Part shown: piece by piece, positions 45,052 through 55,376 of the stretch | Layout of the letters: every line of letters begins with the position of its first letter | Numbering within the stretch: position 1 is the first letter of the stretch | Virus record (IMG/VR): IMGVR_UViG_3300011398_000004 | Coordinates: 9,055-73,054 of that record | DNA length: 64,000 bases | Origin: a virus | Strand: one strand, 5' to 3' | Position numbers and translations under genes: made by a program | The notes under the pieces: generated by a model | What the model saw: the letters and a program-made list of their open reading frames with translations, nothing else | What the model was told of the DNA's origin: nothing | Databases searched by the model: none

Positions 45052-47084
45052 TGGGTCTTACACATTCTTATGTATCAACTAAGATAGATCCTATTGATAC
45101 TACTCTTATAGGTAAAACTAAATGGAATGATAATCATATTTATGTAGGAAGTAATTTAGGCGCTATCCTTCATCAGGGTGTTGCTGGTGTTATTGATGCA
45201 ATTGCTTCTGTTCCTACTGGATATGTCCTAGTTTCTTCTGGGGCAGGAGTTGTTCCTGCATGGTCTAGTACTCTTTCTATTGGTTTACTTACTGTTACCA
45301 GTGGTTCTGCTACTATTGGGATCTCTGGCACATCAGCAACCCCAAAATTAATATTAGATGGATCTGCTTCAGCTGTCCCTGAAATTGATTGGCGACAAAA
45401 TGGTGTGAATAAATTTAGTATTACTTATAATCACGGTAGTTTAAGAACTGAATTTACGTCTCCTGATTCTTCTTTAACTTTTTATATTGATAATAGTGGC
45501 ATATTTTCTAATGATAGTATACAATTCAATGGTACTGGCTCTTCACGACCGGGTCCTTCTATAGGAGGTGTAAGTAGCACTCTTCGTTTAACAGGTGATA
45601 CTAGCGGAATTCGATTCTATGATCAGGGTGGAACTTCCGTTATGGGGAGTATGACCAATGCCGGTGTTTGGGTATTTCCAACTGTCACTATAAATGATAT
45701 TCTTACTGTTTTTGGTCTTGGTAGTCATATATTTAATGCTGGTGGAGTTGGATCTAATATTTTATCAATTAGAAATACCGCTGCTGGAACAGGAAATATA
45801 GCGAGTATTGATGCTCAGAGTGATGCTGCTACATTATCTATGACTTCAACTTCATCTACATTTACTACATCTGGTTTTAGAATTGCAAATTCTTCCGATA
45901 TAGTAGCTAGTGGAACTTCCGGGCTTTCTATAATAGCAAATGCAGCAGGAGGTGATGTTCGAATTTATTCACGTAATGCTTTAGCAGTCACATTTGGTGC
46001 ATCACAACTTGCAACATTCTCTGGTATAATTTCGTCAACATCTGTAATCAAAGCTAATACAGCGGGGACAGTTACATCTGGTTTTGGTGATGCTTTCAAC
46101 GTTGGTAGTTGGGATTCAATTGGTTATAATTCTGCTGGGACGACTCTCGTAGTCGGCGGCTATCGTGCTGCTCAATGGAGCCAGGTTGGATTCTATACTT
46201 CCGGCGTAGAACGTGTAAATATCAGCACTATAGGGCTAGTTACAATCCAGACAGCAAACAGTTCTGTCGACCAACTAGAGTTTGGTATTACAGGACAAGG
46301 TAAGGGAGGTCTATATAGGGATGATACTAATGGTTTAAGTATCTATTCTGCAGTCACCTCAGCCGCCAATAAAGCTATGTCGTTTTACACTGGTGGCTCT
46401 GGATCTGATTTACGAATGACAATTTCAGGGATCGGTGTCGTGACGATTAGCGCTCAGGCAACACAGTTCCCGATAAACCTGTCTATTCTTCCTAGCACTC
46501 ACGCTACCTCGCGACGAGCTTACGCCGGAATTGGTGACTGGGGTATATTCCAAGATACTTCCGGTGACGGCACATTGAATTTTAACATCCTTAATAGCAG
46601 TAGCAAGGGAATGACATTCTCTGCATCAGCCGGTTTGATAACACTTAATGGGGCAGGCACTCATCTCATCTCTGCTACTGTTAATGGAGATCAGGCTTTA
46701 CGTGTTGTCAATGGCTCAAACGCTGCGAATGCCCGTGCAGTCATTCAACTATCCAATGACGTTGGTAACTGCTATCTTATGTTCTACGGTAGCGGCAATA
46801 CTGCTGGTGCTAGTGGAATTGCTCAGGAATTACTTCTATTACAGCAAGCAGCGGCACCACTCGTGCTTAGTGCATCGAATGCGGCTGGCACTATTAGATT
46901 TATTTCAGGCGGCACTACGGAATGGGCACGTTTTACTGCTGATGGTGGCTTTGGTCTCAAGGATGGCATTACTGCACCTGCTACACTAGCGGGATTCGCA
47001 TTAATCTATATTGATACTGCTGATGGCGACTTAAAAATAAAATTTGGCGACGGCACTGTAAAAACAATTGTCGTAGATACGTAA
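45051..47084 (+). CDS. distal tail/baseplate protein with Thr/Ser/Gly-rich beta-structure (fibre-like)
   Basis: 677 aa, ATGA-coupled to the tape measure. Confidence 0.45.
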   Translation: MGLTHSYVSTKIDPIDTTLIGKTKWNDNHIYVGSNLGAILHQGVAGVIDAIASVPTGYVLVSSGAGVVPAWSSTLSIGLLTVTSGSATIGISGTSATPKLILDGSASAVPEIDWRQNGVNKFSITYNHGSLRTEFTSPDSSLTFYIDNSGIFSNDSIQFNGTGSSRPGPSIGGVSSTLRLTGDTSGIRFYDQGGTSVMGSMTNAGVWVFPTVTINDILTVFGLGSHIFNAGGVGSNILSIRNTAAGTGNIASIDAQSDAATLSMTSTSSTFTTSGFRIANSSDIVASGTSGLSIIANAAGGDVRIYSRNALAVTFGASQLATFSGIISSTSVIKANTAGTVTSGFGDAFNVGSWDSIGYNSAGTTLVVGGYRAAQWSQVGFYTSGVERVNISTIGLVTIQTANSSVDQLEFGITGQGKGGLYRDDTNGLSIYSAVTSAANKAMSFYTGGSGSDLRMTISGIGVVTISAQATQFPINLSILPSTHATSRRAYAGIGDWGIFQDTSGDGTLNFNILNSSSKGMTFSASAGLITLNGAGTHLISATVNGDQALRVVNGSNAANARAVIQLSNDVGNCYLMFYGSGNTAGASGIAQELLLLQQAAAPLVLSASNAAGTIRFISGGTTEWARFTADGGFGLKDGITAPATLAGFALIYIDTADGDLKIKFGDGTVKTIVVDT

Positions 47085-47107
47085 TAAATTTTTAAATCGG
47101 AGTAACA

Positions 47108-47371
47108 ATGGCAACAGTTATTAAGAAACCAGATGACACTTTTATTGTTACACTTGATCTAAAGGAACAGAAAACATTAAATCGGATGGGTAGTGAACGA
47201 CCTGCTCCACAATTTAATAAAGCTGAACAATTACAAGAAGAGATTACAAATCTTCTATTATTAAGGGCTCAAACATACAGAGCAATTGATGGTCCTTCAT
47301 TTCGTGATAAATATGAAGCATTATCACCTACGAAACAGGCAGAAATTGATGTGATTCTTAATTCGGTGTAA
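47108..47371 (+). CDS. hypothetical protein
   Basis: ORF track. Confidence 0.35.
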   Translation: MATVIKKPDDTFIVTLDLKEQKTLNRMGSERPAPQFNKAEQLQEEITNLLLLRAQTYRAIDGPSFRDKYEALSPTKQAEIDVILNSV

Positions 47372-47373
47372 AT

Positions 47374-47772
47374 ATGGAAATTAAATTAGGACAATTAGTC
47401 CAAGCTGAAGAAGTTCTAAATACGATTGGTAAGCAATCTGTATCTATTAAGACTGCTTATCATCTAGCTAAATTAATGAAACTTGTAAAAGAAGAAACTT
47501 CTATTTATCATCTTAAGAGAGAAGAATTTATAAAAGAATTAGGTGAAAAAAGAGAACCTACAAAAGAAGAATTAGCAAAAGGTGTAAATGGTGAAATATT
47601 CGAAGTTGCTAAAGATAAAATACCAGAATTCGTTAAACAAATAAATGAATTGTCAGAAATTTCAGTCACAATTGATAAATGGTTATTATTAACATTAGAA
47701 TTATTAGAAAATATCGATATATCTGCGCAAGATGTCTTATTCCTCGATAGTTTAATTATCGAAAAAGAATAA
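47374..47772 (+). CDS. hypothetical protein
   Basis: ORF track. Confidence 0.4.
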   Translation: MEIKLGQLVQAEEVLNTIGKQSVSIKTAYHLAKLMKLVKEETSIYHLKREEFIKELGEKREPTKEELAKGVNGEIFEVAKDKIPEFVKQINELSEISVTIDKWLLLTLELLENIDISAQDVLFLDSLIIEKE

Positions 47773-49820
47773 TGGCTCCGTATTACTCAATCGCAATCGA
47801 AGCTGCACTCGATACTGATGAAGGATCCTTTAATATTCGTTCATTCGATTCTGATACTTTCGATGTCGTAGAAAATGCTCTTGATTTAAATGCAATGGCT
47901 TCTCAAGGACTAAGTTTAAAATATGGAATAGAAGGAAATGGTCCTTTAGATCGTGTTGCGTCTACAGGAACACTTTCATTCACATTAAGAAACGATGCTC
48001 TTGCTACAGAAGGTCAAGGATGTTTCTCTCCAGGACATCCTAATGTATGTGAAGGATGGACATTTGGAATTAGAACTCAAGTTATATTTACTTTCCTTGG
48101 GATAAATTATATTAAATTCTTTGGCAAGATAGACACAATAGATCCTGATGCTGGAATGTATTCCTCGAAGAAGGTTCATGTAGTAGCTTACGATTATATT
48201 AAAGATTTAGTAGAATCTGATGTTCGAGAGATAGCTACTCAAATAGATAAAACGGAAGCTGAATTAATTGACTTAATTCTAGATAGTTTACCAGATGAGA
48301 GTCAACCATCAATACGTGATATTGATACTGGTATAGATACATTTCCTATCGCATTAGATAATTTAGGTGAAGGTGTTCCTGCGCTTACTGTTATTCAAGA
48401 TCTTGCAGTCAGCTCTCTTGGTTATGTATTTATAAAAGGTGATGGAACATTTTGTTATCGAACTCGTCACAGTAATACAATTGGAGTCAGTCAATTCTCA
48501 TTTGATAATAATATGCACGAATTAGTAGTACCATCGTCTTTAGAGAATACATTCAATTTAGTAAGAATAGATATTCATCCAAGATCAGTATCTGCTAGTC
48601 CAATAGAAGAATTATATAGTCTTCCATTCGAGAGTTCTATTACACTAGAATCTCTTGAAGTACGTGAACTTGAAGTACAGTATACAGATCCAAATGATCG
48701 AGAAACTTCAGTTGGAGGATTGGAGATTGTTACGCAATTAGTTCCTGGAGTTCATTATAAAGCAAGTACCGTAAAAGATGGGCATTCCTTTGGAACGAAT
48801 AATAGTACAGGAACAACTGTTATCGGAGTCAATCCAATAGGTACAACGGTAATCGCCGTTACTTCTGTAGCTCCTGTCTCTACTGATATTGTTTCAAATT
48901 CTATAGCTAATCCTTCAATTGTAACAACTACTGGAGCTCATGGGTTAACAACCGGGCAAAGTGTCACAATTTCTTCTGTAGTAGGATCTAGTCCTACAAT
49001 AAATGGTCAGAGAATTATTACCGTTCTTTCACCTACTACGTTTTCCATTCCTGTATCGGTAACTGTAGCTGGAACGGGTGGAAGAGTCACAAAATCTACT
49101 GGATCATTTCTTTCTCGTGATATTATTTCCATCGGTGGTAATACCTATACTGTAGTAAGTACAGTCGGTGGGCAGACTCCTACTTCTATTACGATTGAAG
49201 AACCAGGATTAATCGCTGCAACAACAGTCGGACAACTTGTTACTCTTTCTGCTGTAGGAGTTGACATTACAGATGATATAACTGCTGTATTGACTCCATA
49301 TAGTTCTAATGCTAAATTTCTATTGACTAATACAGGAGGATCTACAGCTTATATTATTCTTCTTAAAGTTATAGGAAAAGCTATAAGAGACCCAGGACCA
49401 CAAACTGTTATATCAGCAGATATACATCCTCCTGGTACTGATACGAGAAGAGTTAGACCATTAGATATAGATTTACCTTATCAAGATGATATTAATGTTG
49501 CACAATCAGCAGCAGATACAATCTGTCAGATATATGAACTTACTGAAGGACAAGTATCATCTATTTCATTTTTAGCCATAACTAATGATTTAATGATTCA
49601 AGCTCTAGAACGTGAACCCGGTGATAAAATTACTATCACGGAAGAAATGACTGGATTAATTTCTGTTATAGGTCTAATTCAATCTGTATCACTAGATATA
49701 CAGTCAAATAATGTTCTTGTATGTACATGGGGATTATCTCCTACAAGTTCTTCTGAAGTTTGGTTATGGGGAATTGCTGGTCAATCTGAGTGGGGAGAGA
49801 CTACTTACTACGGATTTTGA
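47772..49820 (+). CDS. tail-associated/baseplate protein with an Ig-like domain shared with the tail tube protein
   Basis: 682 aa; the segment NPSIVTTTGAHGLTTGQSVTISSVVGSSPTINGQRIITVLSPTTFSIPVSVTVAGTGG is paralogous to the C-terminus of 38099..39064. Confidence 0.45.
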   Translation: MAPYYSIAIEAALDTDEGSFNIRSFDSDTFDVVENALDLNAMASQGLSLKYGIEGNGPLDRVASTGTLSFTLRNDALATEGQGCFSPGHPNVCEGWTFGIRTQVIFTFLGINYIKFFGKIDTIDPDAGMYSSKKVHVVAYDYIKDLVESDVREIATQIDKTEAELIDLILDSLPDESQPSIRDIDTGIDTFPIALDNLGEGVPALTVIQDLAVSSLGYVFIKGDGTFCYRTRHSNTIGVSQFSFDNNMHELVVPSSLENTFNLVRIDIHPRSVSASPIEELYSLPFESSITLESLEVRELEVQYTDPNDRETSVGGLEIVTQLVPGVHYKASTVKDGHSFGTNNSTGTTVIGVNPIGTTVIAVTSVAPVSTDIVSNSIANPSIVTTTGAHGLTTGQSVTISSVVGSSPTINGQRIITVLSPTTFSIPVSVTVAGTGGRVTKSTGSFLSRDIISIGGNTYTVVSTVGGQTPTSITIEEPGLIAATTVGQLVTLSAVGVDITDDITAVLTPYSSNAKFLLTNTGGSTAYIILLKVIGKAIRDPGPQTVISADIHPPGTDTRRVRPLDIDLPYQDDINVAQSAADTICQIYELTEGQVSSISFLAITNDLMIQALEREPGDKITITEEMTGLISVIGLIQSVSLDIQSNNVLVCTWGLSPTSSSEVWLWGIAGQSEWGETTYYGF

Positions 49821-49840
49821 TTAAAAGCAAGAGAAATTAA

Positions 49841-50236
49841 ATGTCATATACACCTCCTCCCGCAGTAACGACAGGACAATTGGCTACAGCTAGTGATTAT
49901 AATACTTATGTCAAAGACAATATTATAGCATTACATAGATTCTGGACTATTCTGGATAAATCTGGTACGTATGCAGTAACTCCTGCTGACGTGAATCTTC
50001 GGACCATTATTCAATGTACTGGTACATTCGTTTTATCTTTACCCGCTGCGAATAATGCTTCTATAGAAGTTCCTGTGAATGGACTTCGTATAGTTAATAT
50101 TGGAACAGGTGTTATCACGTTAACACCGACTTCACCTAGTACAATTATAGGAGCTGCTACATTCACAGTAACTATTCAATATCAATCATTAGAAATTATA
50201 CCTGATTCAGCTACTAATGATTGGAGAATCTTCTAA
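49841..50236 (+). CDS. hypothetical tail protein
   Basis: ORF track. Confidence 0.4.
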   Translation: MSYTPPPAVTTGQLATASDYNTYVKDNIIALHRFWTILDKSGTYAVTPADVNLRTIIQCTGTFVLSLPAANNASIEVPVNGLRIVNIGTGVITLTPTSPSTIIGAATFTVTIQYQSLEIIPDSATNDWRIF

Positions 50237-50766
50237 TGTTTCTTCCATCGTTATATAAATCATTACAGAAAATTGTTGTTACAAATACAACAACTCTTCC
50301 TCTAGATGTTACCATAGCATCAGTAGACACTAACTATACAAGAATTTCTACGCAAGGAGCAGAATTATATCATTTTTATAGATTTAGAATAAATCTAACA
50401 TCTGCCACAAATGTGAGATTTCATGATTTTCATAATTCTTCAGGAAATCCTGGTCTAGCTGCACGTACGACACTCGTAGTTGAAGAATTTGTAGGACTCT
50501 TCTTTCATCAACCATTTTATTATGGTTCTATCACATTAGCAGAAACAGTGGTAACTAATAATGTAAACACAGGATTAACTCTCCATTCAAAAGCATTTCT
50601 AGTATCATTAGGATTTGAAGTCACATTTAATCAGGCACTAGCAGCACCGTTTGAAACAACAGCAGATCTTGCTTTAAGTGGATCTACTGTAACTGCAACA
50701 AGAACACATGCTAATAGCAATGTAGGTAATTTAATCTGTGGATTCATTCTTATAGATCCAAAATGA
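50221..50766 (+). CDS. hypothetical tail protein
   Basis: ORF track. Confidence 0.4.
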   Translation: MENLLMFLPSLYKSLQKIVVTNTTTLPLDVTIASVDTNYTRISTQGAELYHFYRFRINLTSATNVRFHDFHNSSGNPGLAARTTLVVEEFVGLFFHQPFYYGSITLAETVVTNNVNTGLTLHSKAFLVSLGFEVTFNQALAAPFETTADLALSGSTVTATRTHANSNVGNLICGFILIDPK

Positions 50767-51278
50767 CTAGTCCTATTTGGCTTAACGTCATGCGATTCGC
50801 AGAAGGTCTCCAAGAAATTCCTGGGCCTAAAAGTAATCCTGTCATCTTAAATTGGAATAAGATGATAAATGGCCCTAAGTGGTATGATAATGATGATAAA
50901 CCGTGGTGTGCTCTTGCTCTTAACGCTGTTCTTTCTGTTTGTGGTCTCCCACTAGCTGTAGGGAATTCCATCCCTCTCGATAAATATGATTTATTAAGAG
51001 CGAAATCATTCGAGACATGGGGACATGCCATTGCTATCCCCACCCTCGGATGCATCATGACTTTCAGTCGTCCTGAAGGTCATCATGTAGGATTATATCG
51101 AGGGGAACGTAAAGACGCTTATTATATTCTTGGCGCTAATCAGTCGAATACAATAGGGTCTGTATGGATTTTAAAGAAGCGTCTTACATCAATACGTTGG
51201 CCTGTTAATGTTGAGATGGTTAGTACAGGACGAATTTGGCTTACAGATAGTGGTGAAGTATCTACTAATGAAGGATAA
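50763..51278 (+). CDS. NlpC/P60-CHAP-like cysteine peptidase (TIGR02594-type)
   Basis: KPWCALALNAVL for the candidate catalytic Cys and GHHVGLY for His, as in the phage TIGR02594 peptidase family. Confidence 0.5.
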   Translation: MTSPIWLNVMRFAEGLQEIPGPKSNPVILNWNKMINGPKWYDNDDKPWCALALNAVLSVCGLPLAVGNSIPLDKYDLLRAKSFETWGHAIAIPTLGCIMTFSRPEGHHVGLYRGERKDAYYILGANQSNTIGSVWILKKRLTSIRWPVNVEMVSTGRIWLTDSGEVSTNEG

Positions 51279-51280
51279 TT

Positions 51281-52108
51281 ATGAGTTGGTTTAGTAGTCT
51301 ATTTCGTTGGACTAGGAGAAAAATAATGCCGTCACCTACATTTATTAAAGCAGCAGCAGGACTTCAATGTGGGTTCGGTGATTTTCTTGGTCCTGAATTA
51401 TTGAATGATATAAAAAATCAGGGATTTACCATTTTACGATTAGATATACAAGAAGTATCACCGCAGAAAGGGGATGCTCTAGCTCAAGAAGTTATAGATG
51501 CAGGGATGCAGCCATTATGTATCGTTCGTTATGCTGAACAATTGAAACATCTACCTAAAGGAACTTTAGCCGAACTCGGTAATGAGCCAGATATATCATC
51601 CAATAAATGGATTGTGGAATCGTATACAAGAGAAGCTTATCGTTGTGTCGAAGAAGCACTTAAATTAGATATGCGTCTATATCTAGGTGCAGTAAGTAAT
51701 CTACATAAACGTGGTTTTGACTTCTTACAGAAATTACCATGGAATTCATGGCCGTCTGCTTGCTGTAGTGTTCATCGATATCCAGATGGGAATTCACCTT
51801 TAAATGCCCATAAAGGAAGCTCTTCACGAGAGGAAGAAATTAAACGTCTTCGTGATATTATTGGGTATAGTCGTCCTATCGCGATTACTGAAGTAGGATA
51901 TCACGATACACAAAATGGTTGGTCGCCAGAAGCAGTTGCAAATCATATGGAATGGGAACGAAAATTTTTCAGTAACCAAGGAATAGAGATTGTAGTTGCC
52001 TATCAGTTGAATGATGGAAATGATAGTTCAATTGACGCACATTTTGGTTTTCGCAATTCTTCATATGAATGGAAGCCAGTTGCAAAATCATTTACTGAAG
52101 CAGTCTAA
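51281..52108 (+). CDS. clan GH-A (GH5-like) glycoside hydrolase
   Basis: LGNEPD (acid/base NEP motif) and IAITEVGYHD (nucleophile TE motif) at the spacing expected for a TIM-barrel glycosidase. Confidence 0.45.
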   Translation: MSWFSSLFRWTRRKIMPSPTFIKAAAGLQCGFGDFLGPELLNDIKNQGFTILRLDIQEVSPQKGDALAQEVIDAGMQPLCIVRYAEQLKHLPKGTLAELGNEPDISSNKWIVESYTREAYRCVEEALKLDMRLYLGAVSNLHKRGFDFLQKLPWNSWPSACCSVHRYPDGNSPLNAHKGSSSREEEIKRLRDIIGYSRPIAITEVGYHDTQNGWSPEAVANHMEWERKFFSNQGIEIVVAYQLNDGNDSSIDAHFGFRNSSYEWKPVAKSFTEAV

Positions 52109-52116
52109 AGGACATT

Positions 52117-53802
52117 ATGCCTAATACCAATCCACCGTGGCCTCCTGAAAGAGATGAACAGTCAATTAGATTCTGGGAGAAATTACAGACAAGATATGAT
52201 AGAGGAAATATAGATTTCATAGGGGCAGTCCGATGGCCTTCCGAATTTCGTATGCACATGGCGAATGGAATATCTGAAGATAATACATGGATTACAATTT
52301 CGAATGCGATTGATGCAATACGCTCAGGAAGACAACCAGACCCAACATTACCAGGTCCATATGATCTTCCATGGGCACCTGAGATGGACAGAGATTGTGA
52401 ACCATTTATTAACGCACTTCGAGGAACTTATCAGAACGAACATCCTAATAAACCACAATCTGTAGATGCAATTGGTTATGTTCGTTGGGGCAGTGAATTC
52501 CGTATGCATCGCGCTAATGGAATGAATCTTGATGAAGCATGGGAAGCTGTTCTACAAGAAATTCGTAAAATATGGCGTAGTCAGATGCCAGTTCCTGTAA
52601 CGGATAATCGTCCTTTTATAGGATCACTCCGTATAGAAAACAAACTATTCCGAGATGATGCAGGATATCGTCGTGTCTTTTTTACATCCTGGTTCCCAGC
52701 TCTTCGTATACTTCGGGACGATCCGAATGAATTCTATCGTCAGTTGGATGAGATTGTAAAAGCAGGATATCAAGGGATTAGGATTTTCCTCGCTGTAGGT
52801 GGTTGGTCTGATTTCTGGGACGGACGTGAAGTAGTTCCTATTACATTCCAGAAATGGTGGTATACTGGTAATATGCTTCGTAGTGATCGTTACGGAGATA
52901 TTCTTCAATCATGGCCAAATTACGATGTTCTACTCAGTGAATTATTAGATGCTTGCATTGCTAGGAATATACGTCTCCATATCACTGTAGGTGACTTTCA
53001 AATAATCTGTAAAGATCCTACAATAGAATTAGAATTCCATCGTAAAGTCTCTTCTATCTGTAAACAAAAAGGTGGAACGACTGTAATAGCCTTTGTCGAA
53101 GCTACGAATGAATTCCCCATTAATAGACATGGAAGTGATAGTCCTTCGTCTATCGAACAGATGGGACGTGTATTAAAAATATGGTCTGATGCAATTCCAG
53201 GGATATTAACGGGGCAAGGTGCAATCCCTCAAAATGAGGAACCAGCTTCTCTTCGTTTAGCATCTACTCATGGAAATGTATGTGTAGTGCATACGACTAG
53301 ATCACCTTTCCAAATGAATCTTAAACGAACTTTTGGATTAGTTTATTGGGAAGGAGATTATCGAGGATTTCCTAAACCATTCTGGCAGGGTGAACCTGCT
53401 GGTCCAGGATATGATTCATTTGACCCAATGAATGATCCTGCTGCTCTTACAGCACTCTACGCTATGCACGCTCTCACTGGACAGGCAAGCAATCAATTTG
53501 CTGGTCCTTCAGTTCGATCCCTCGAACCATTAGAATCTGTATGGGGATTCCGTGAACTTCCTAGATTATTTGCCAAGCATCTACCAGAAGATGTAGCTAC
53601 ATGGGAACATGGTAACAATCGCTACGGTGGAATTGAATATTGGTGGAAGAATAATATCTTTGTGACATCTACTTGCAAAGATTGGGATCCTTCTCCTCCA
53701 CGCAATATTGCTGAATGGACATTATATTCAGGAGATAATGTCTCAAATGGAGCAGGGACACCTCCTCGTGGTACTGGATTATTAACCGGTCGTTTCTTTT
53801 AA
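52117..53802 (+). CDS. two N-terminal ~70-aa tandem repeats plus a GH-A-like catalytic domain
   Basis: Repeats IDFIGAVRWPSEFRMHMANG...AIRSG and VDAIGYVRWGSEFRMHRANG...IRKIW; catalytic region FVEATNEFP. Confidence 0.45.
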   Translation: MPNTNPPWPPERDEQSIRFWEKLQTRYDRGNIDFIGAVRWPSEFRMHMANGISEDNTWITISNAIDAIRSGRQPDPTLPGPYDLPWAPEMDRDCEPFINALRGTYQNEHPNKPQSVDAIGYVRWGSEFRMHRANGMNLDEAWEAVLQEIRKIWRSQMPVPVTDNRPFIGSLRIENKLFRDDAGYRRVFFTSWFPALRILRDDPNEFYRQLDEIVKAGYQGIRIFLAVGGWSDFWDGREVVPITFQKWWYTGNMLRSDRYGDILQSWPNYDVLLSELLDACIARNIRLHITVGDFQIICKDPTIELEFHRKVSSICKQKGGTTVIAFVEATNEFPINRHGSDSPSSIEQMGRVLKIWSDAIPGILTGQGAIPQNEEPASLRLASTHGNVCVVHTTRSPFQMNLKRTFGLVYWEGDYRGFPKPFWQGEPAGPGYDSFDPMNDPAALTALYAMHALTGQASNQFAGPSVRSLEPLESVWGFRELPRLFAKHLPEDVATWEHGNNRYGGIEYWWKNNIFVTSTCKDWDPSPPRNIAEWTLYSGDNVSNGAGTPPRGTGLLTGRFF

Positions 53803-53805
53803 AGG

Positions 53806-54270
53806 ATGATTATGTTGAAACTATTTTTATTCTTCTTGATCTCTATATTCATTGCATGTGGACCAAAACTCCCACCGGACATCTCCTTCGAGGGGAAGAT
53901 GGCTGTTCGTGGAACTCAGGTCATTGCAGCTCTCCGAACAACTCTACCTGCTCTTAAACAGGCTACGTGTCAACCAGGAGTTGTTCAACCATGTTTAGCT
54001 CCTGCGGATACTGATAAGGTCGTAGCCCATATTCAGGAAGCTAGTAAACTCTCTCAAGAGCTGGCATTAGTATTAGTAGCAATCGATGAAGCTCAAACAG
54101 CCGCATTACAAGAATCTGGTTTTACCAAAGCTAAATTGATATTAACTTCAATTCAAAATTCTTTAATGCAAGCTTCTATAGCACCTAGTGAAGAAAATGG
54201 ACGACAAAAGGTCGTTGAGATTCTAGGAACAGTTATCAATCTTCTTGTCGCCGTTCTTTCATTCCAATAG
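53806..54270 (+). CDS. lipoprotein (lipobox LISIFIAC)
   Basis: MIMLKLFLFFLISIFIACG signal peptide with lipobox. Confidence 0.5.
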   Translation: MIMLKLFLFFLISIFIACGPKLPPDISFEGKMAVRGTQVIAALRTTLPALKQATCQPGVVQPCLAPADTDKVVAHIQEASKLSQELALVLVAIDEAQTAALQESGFTKAKLILTSIQNSLMQASIAPSEENGRQKVVEILGTVINLLVAVLSFQ

Positions 54271-54278
54271 GAAATCAA

Positions 54279-54503
54279 ATGGATTATCTAACAACAATTA
54301 ATTCACTTGTCACTTTAGCAGTTCAGTCTATTAATGCTGCTCGCGCAGTACGAGATGCTTCTCGTAATGCAAACCCTACTGTAGCAGAATCAGAATTTCC
54401 ATCTGATTTTGATCTGATCAAGAAATTTTTAACGGAAGCTCAGTTGCTAGATAAAGAGTCTTCAGAACTCCGGGAATGGCTCAAGACATTACAGGAGACG
54501 TAA
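54279..54503 (+). CDS. hypothetical protein
   Basis: ORF track. Confidence 0.35.
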   Translation: MDYLTTINSLVTLAVQSINAARAVRDASRNANPTVAESEFPSDFDLIKKFLTEAQLLDKESSELREWLKTLQET

Positions 54504-54573
54504 CTTATTGATGGGACGGGAGTTTCTCATAGGGGGAATATGAGGATCCCCATTGATAAGACGTAACAAGGGC

Positions 54574-54605
54574 GGATAGGGTGTGGCTTCCCTATCCGTT
54601 CCTAG
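54574..54605. terminator. bidirectional hairpin terminator between the convergent gene blocks
   Basis: GGATAGGG/CCCTATCC 8-bp perfect stem, 8-nt loop. Confidence 0.45.
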
Positions 54606-54612
54606 TTCTTAT

Positions 54613-54879
54613 TCATCTTCGATCTATGACAATACCTAGACCTAAGATTCTAGCTTCGAGGATGGAACGGTCTAACTTAGCCTGTAGTAAGCGAGCACTA
54701 CATTCTGTAGCTAATTCTTCCACAGATTTCAATTGACACGATAGAATGTCTCGATATCGAGTGATGTCCTTTGTACTCTGATTACTATAATCTTGAATCG
54801 ATTGTTGAGTAATCATCTCGAATTTTGTCATTCGACGTTCTTTAACCTTCGGTTTACGTGACGCAGTTTTCTTTTTCAT
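54613..54879 (-). CDS. hypothetical protein
   Basis: ORF track. Confidence 0.35.
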   Translation of the reverse strand: MKKKTASRKPKVKERRMTKFEMITQQSIQDYSNQSTKDITRYRDILSCQLKSVEELATECSARLLQAKLDRSILEARILGLGIVIDRR

Positions 54880-55376
54880 TTATCTTCCTCATTAAATTTT
54901 CCGTCTTTTCCTCTTGGTTGTAATATGTGACTATCTTTATAAGCACCTCTTTCTATTCTTTTATGATGATGTTCTTTTACGTGTTCAGTTTCATCTTTAG
55001 GCTCAAGATTATCTGGATGATCATTTAATCTATTTTCATCTATATGATGAGCGATTTCATTTGGTAAAAGTAATCTTCCAAGTTTTTCTTCTAAATTAAT
55101 ATCAGCACGTTTAGCGTATGGAAACCATGACTTACGATGATAATCAGGCTTATAGATTAAGAAATATCCATTTCTAATTATTTCTCCTCCTTTCCAATTA
55201 GGATTATCAATTCCAAATTTATCTTTTCTTGTTAGTTTTTCTCTTTGAAGAATTAGACCAATAATTCCTTTTCCTACATGAAGTTGTTTGGCAATGTCAG
55301 AAATCTTTTGACCAGATGTATATAGACTTATTACCTCCTTCTTTAAAATATCGTAATCTTGGCGACTTCTAGTCAT
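54876..55376 (-). CDS. HNH endonuclease
   Basis: EIAHHIDENRLNDHPDNLEPKDETEHVKEHHH. Confidence 0.6.
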   Translation of the reverse strand: MTRSRQDYDILKKEVISLYTSGQKISDIAKQLHVGKGIIGLILQREKLTRKDKFGIDNPNWKGGEIIRNGYFLIYKPDYHRKSWFPYAKRADINLEEKLGRLLLPNEIAHHIDENRLNDHPDNLEPKDETEHVKEHHHKRIERGAYKDSHILQPRGKDGKFNEEDK

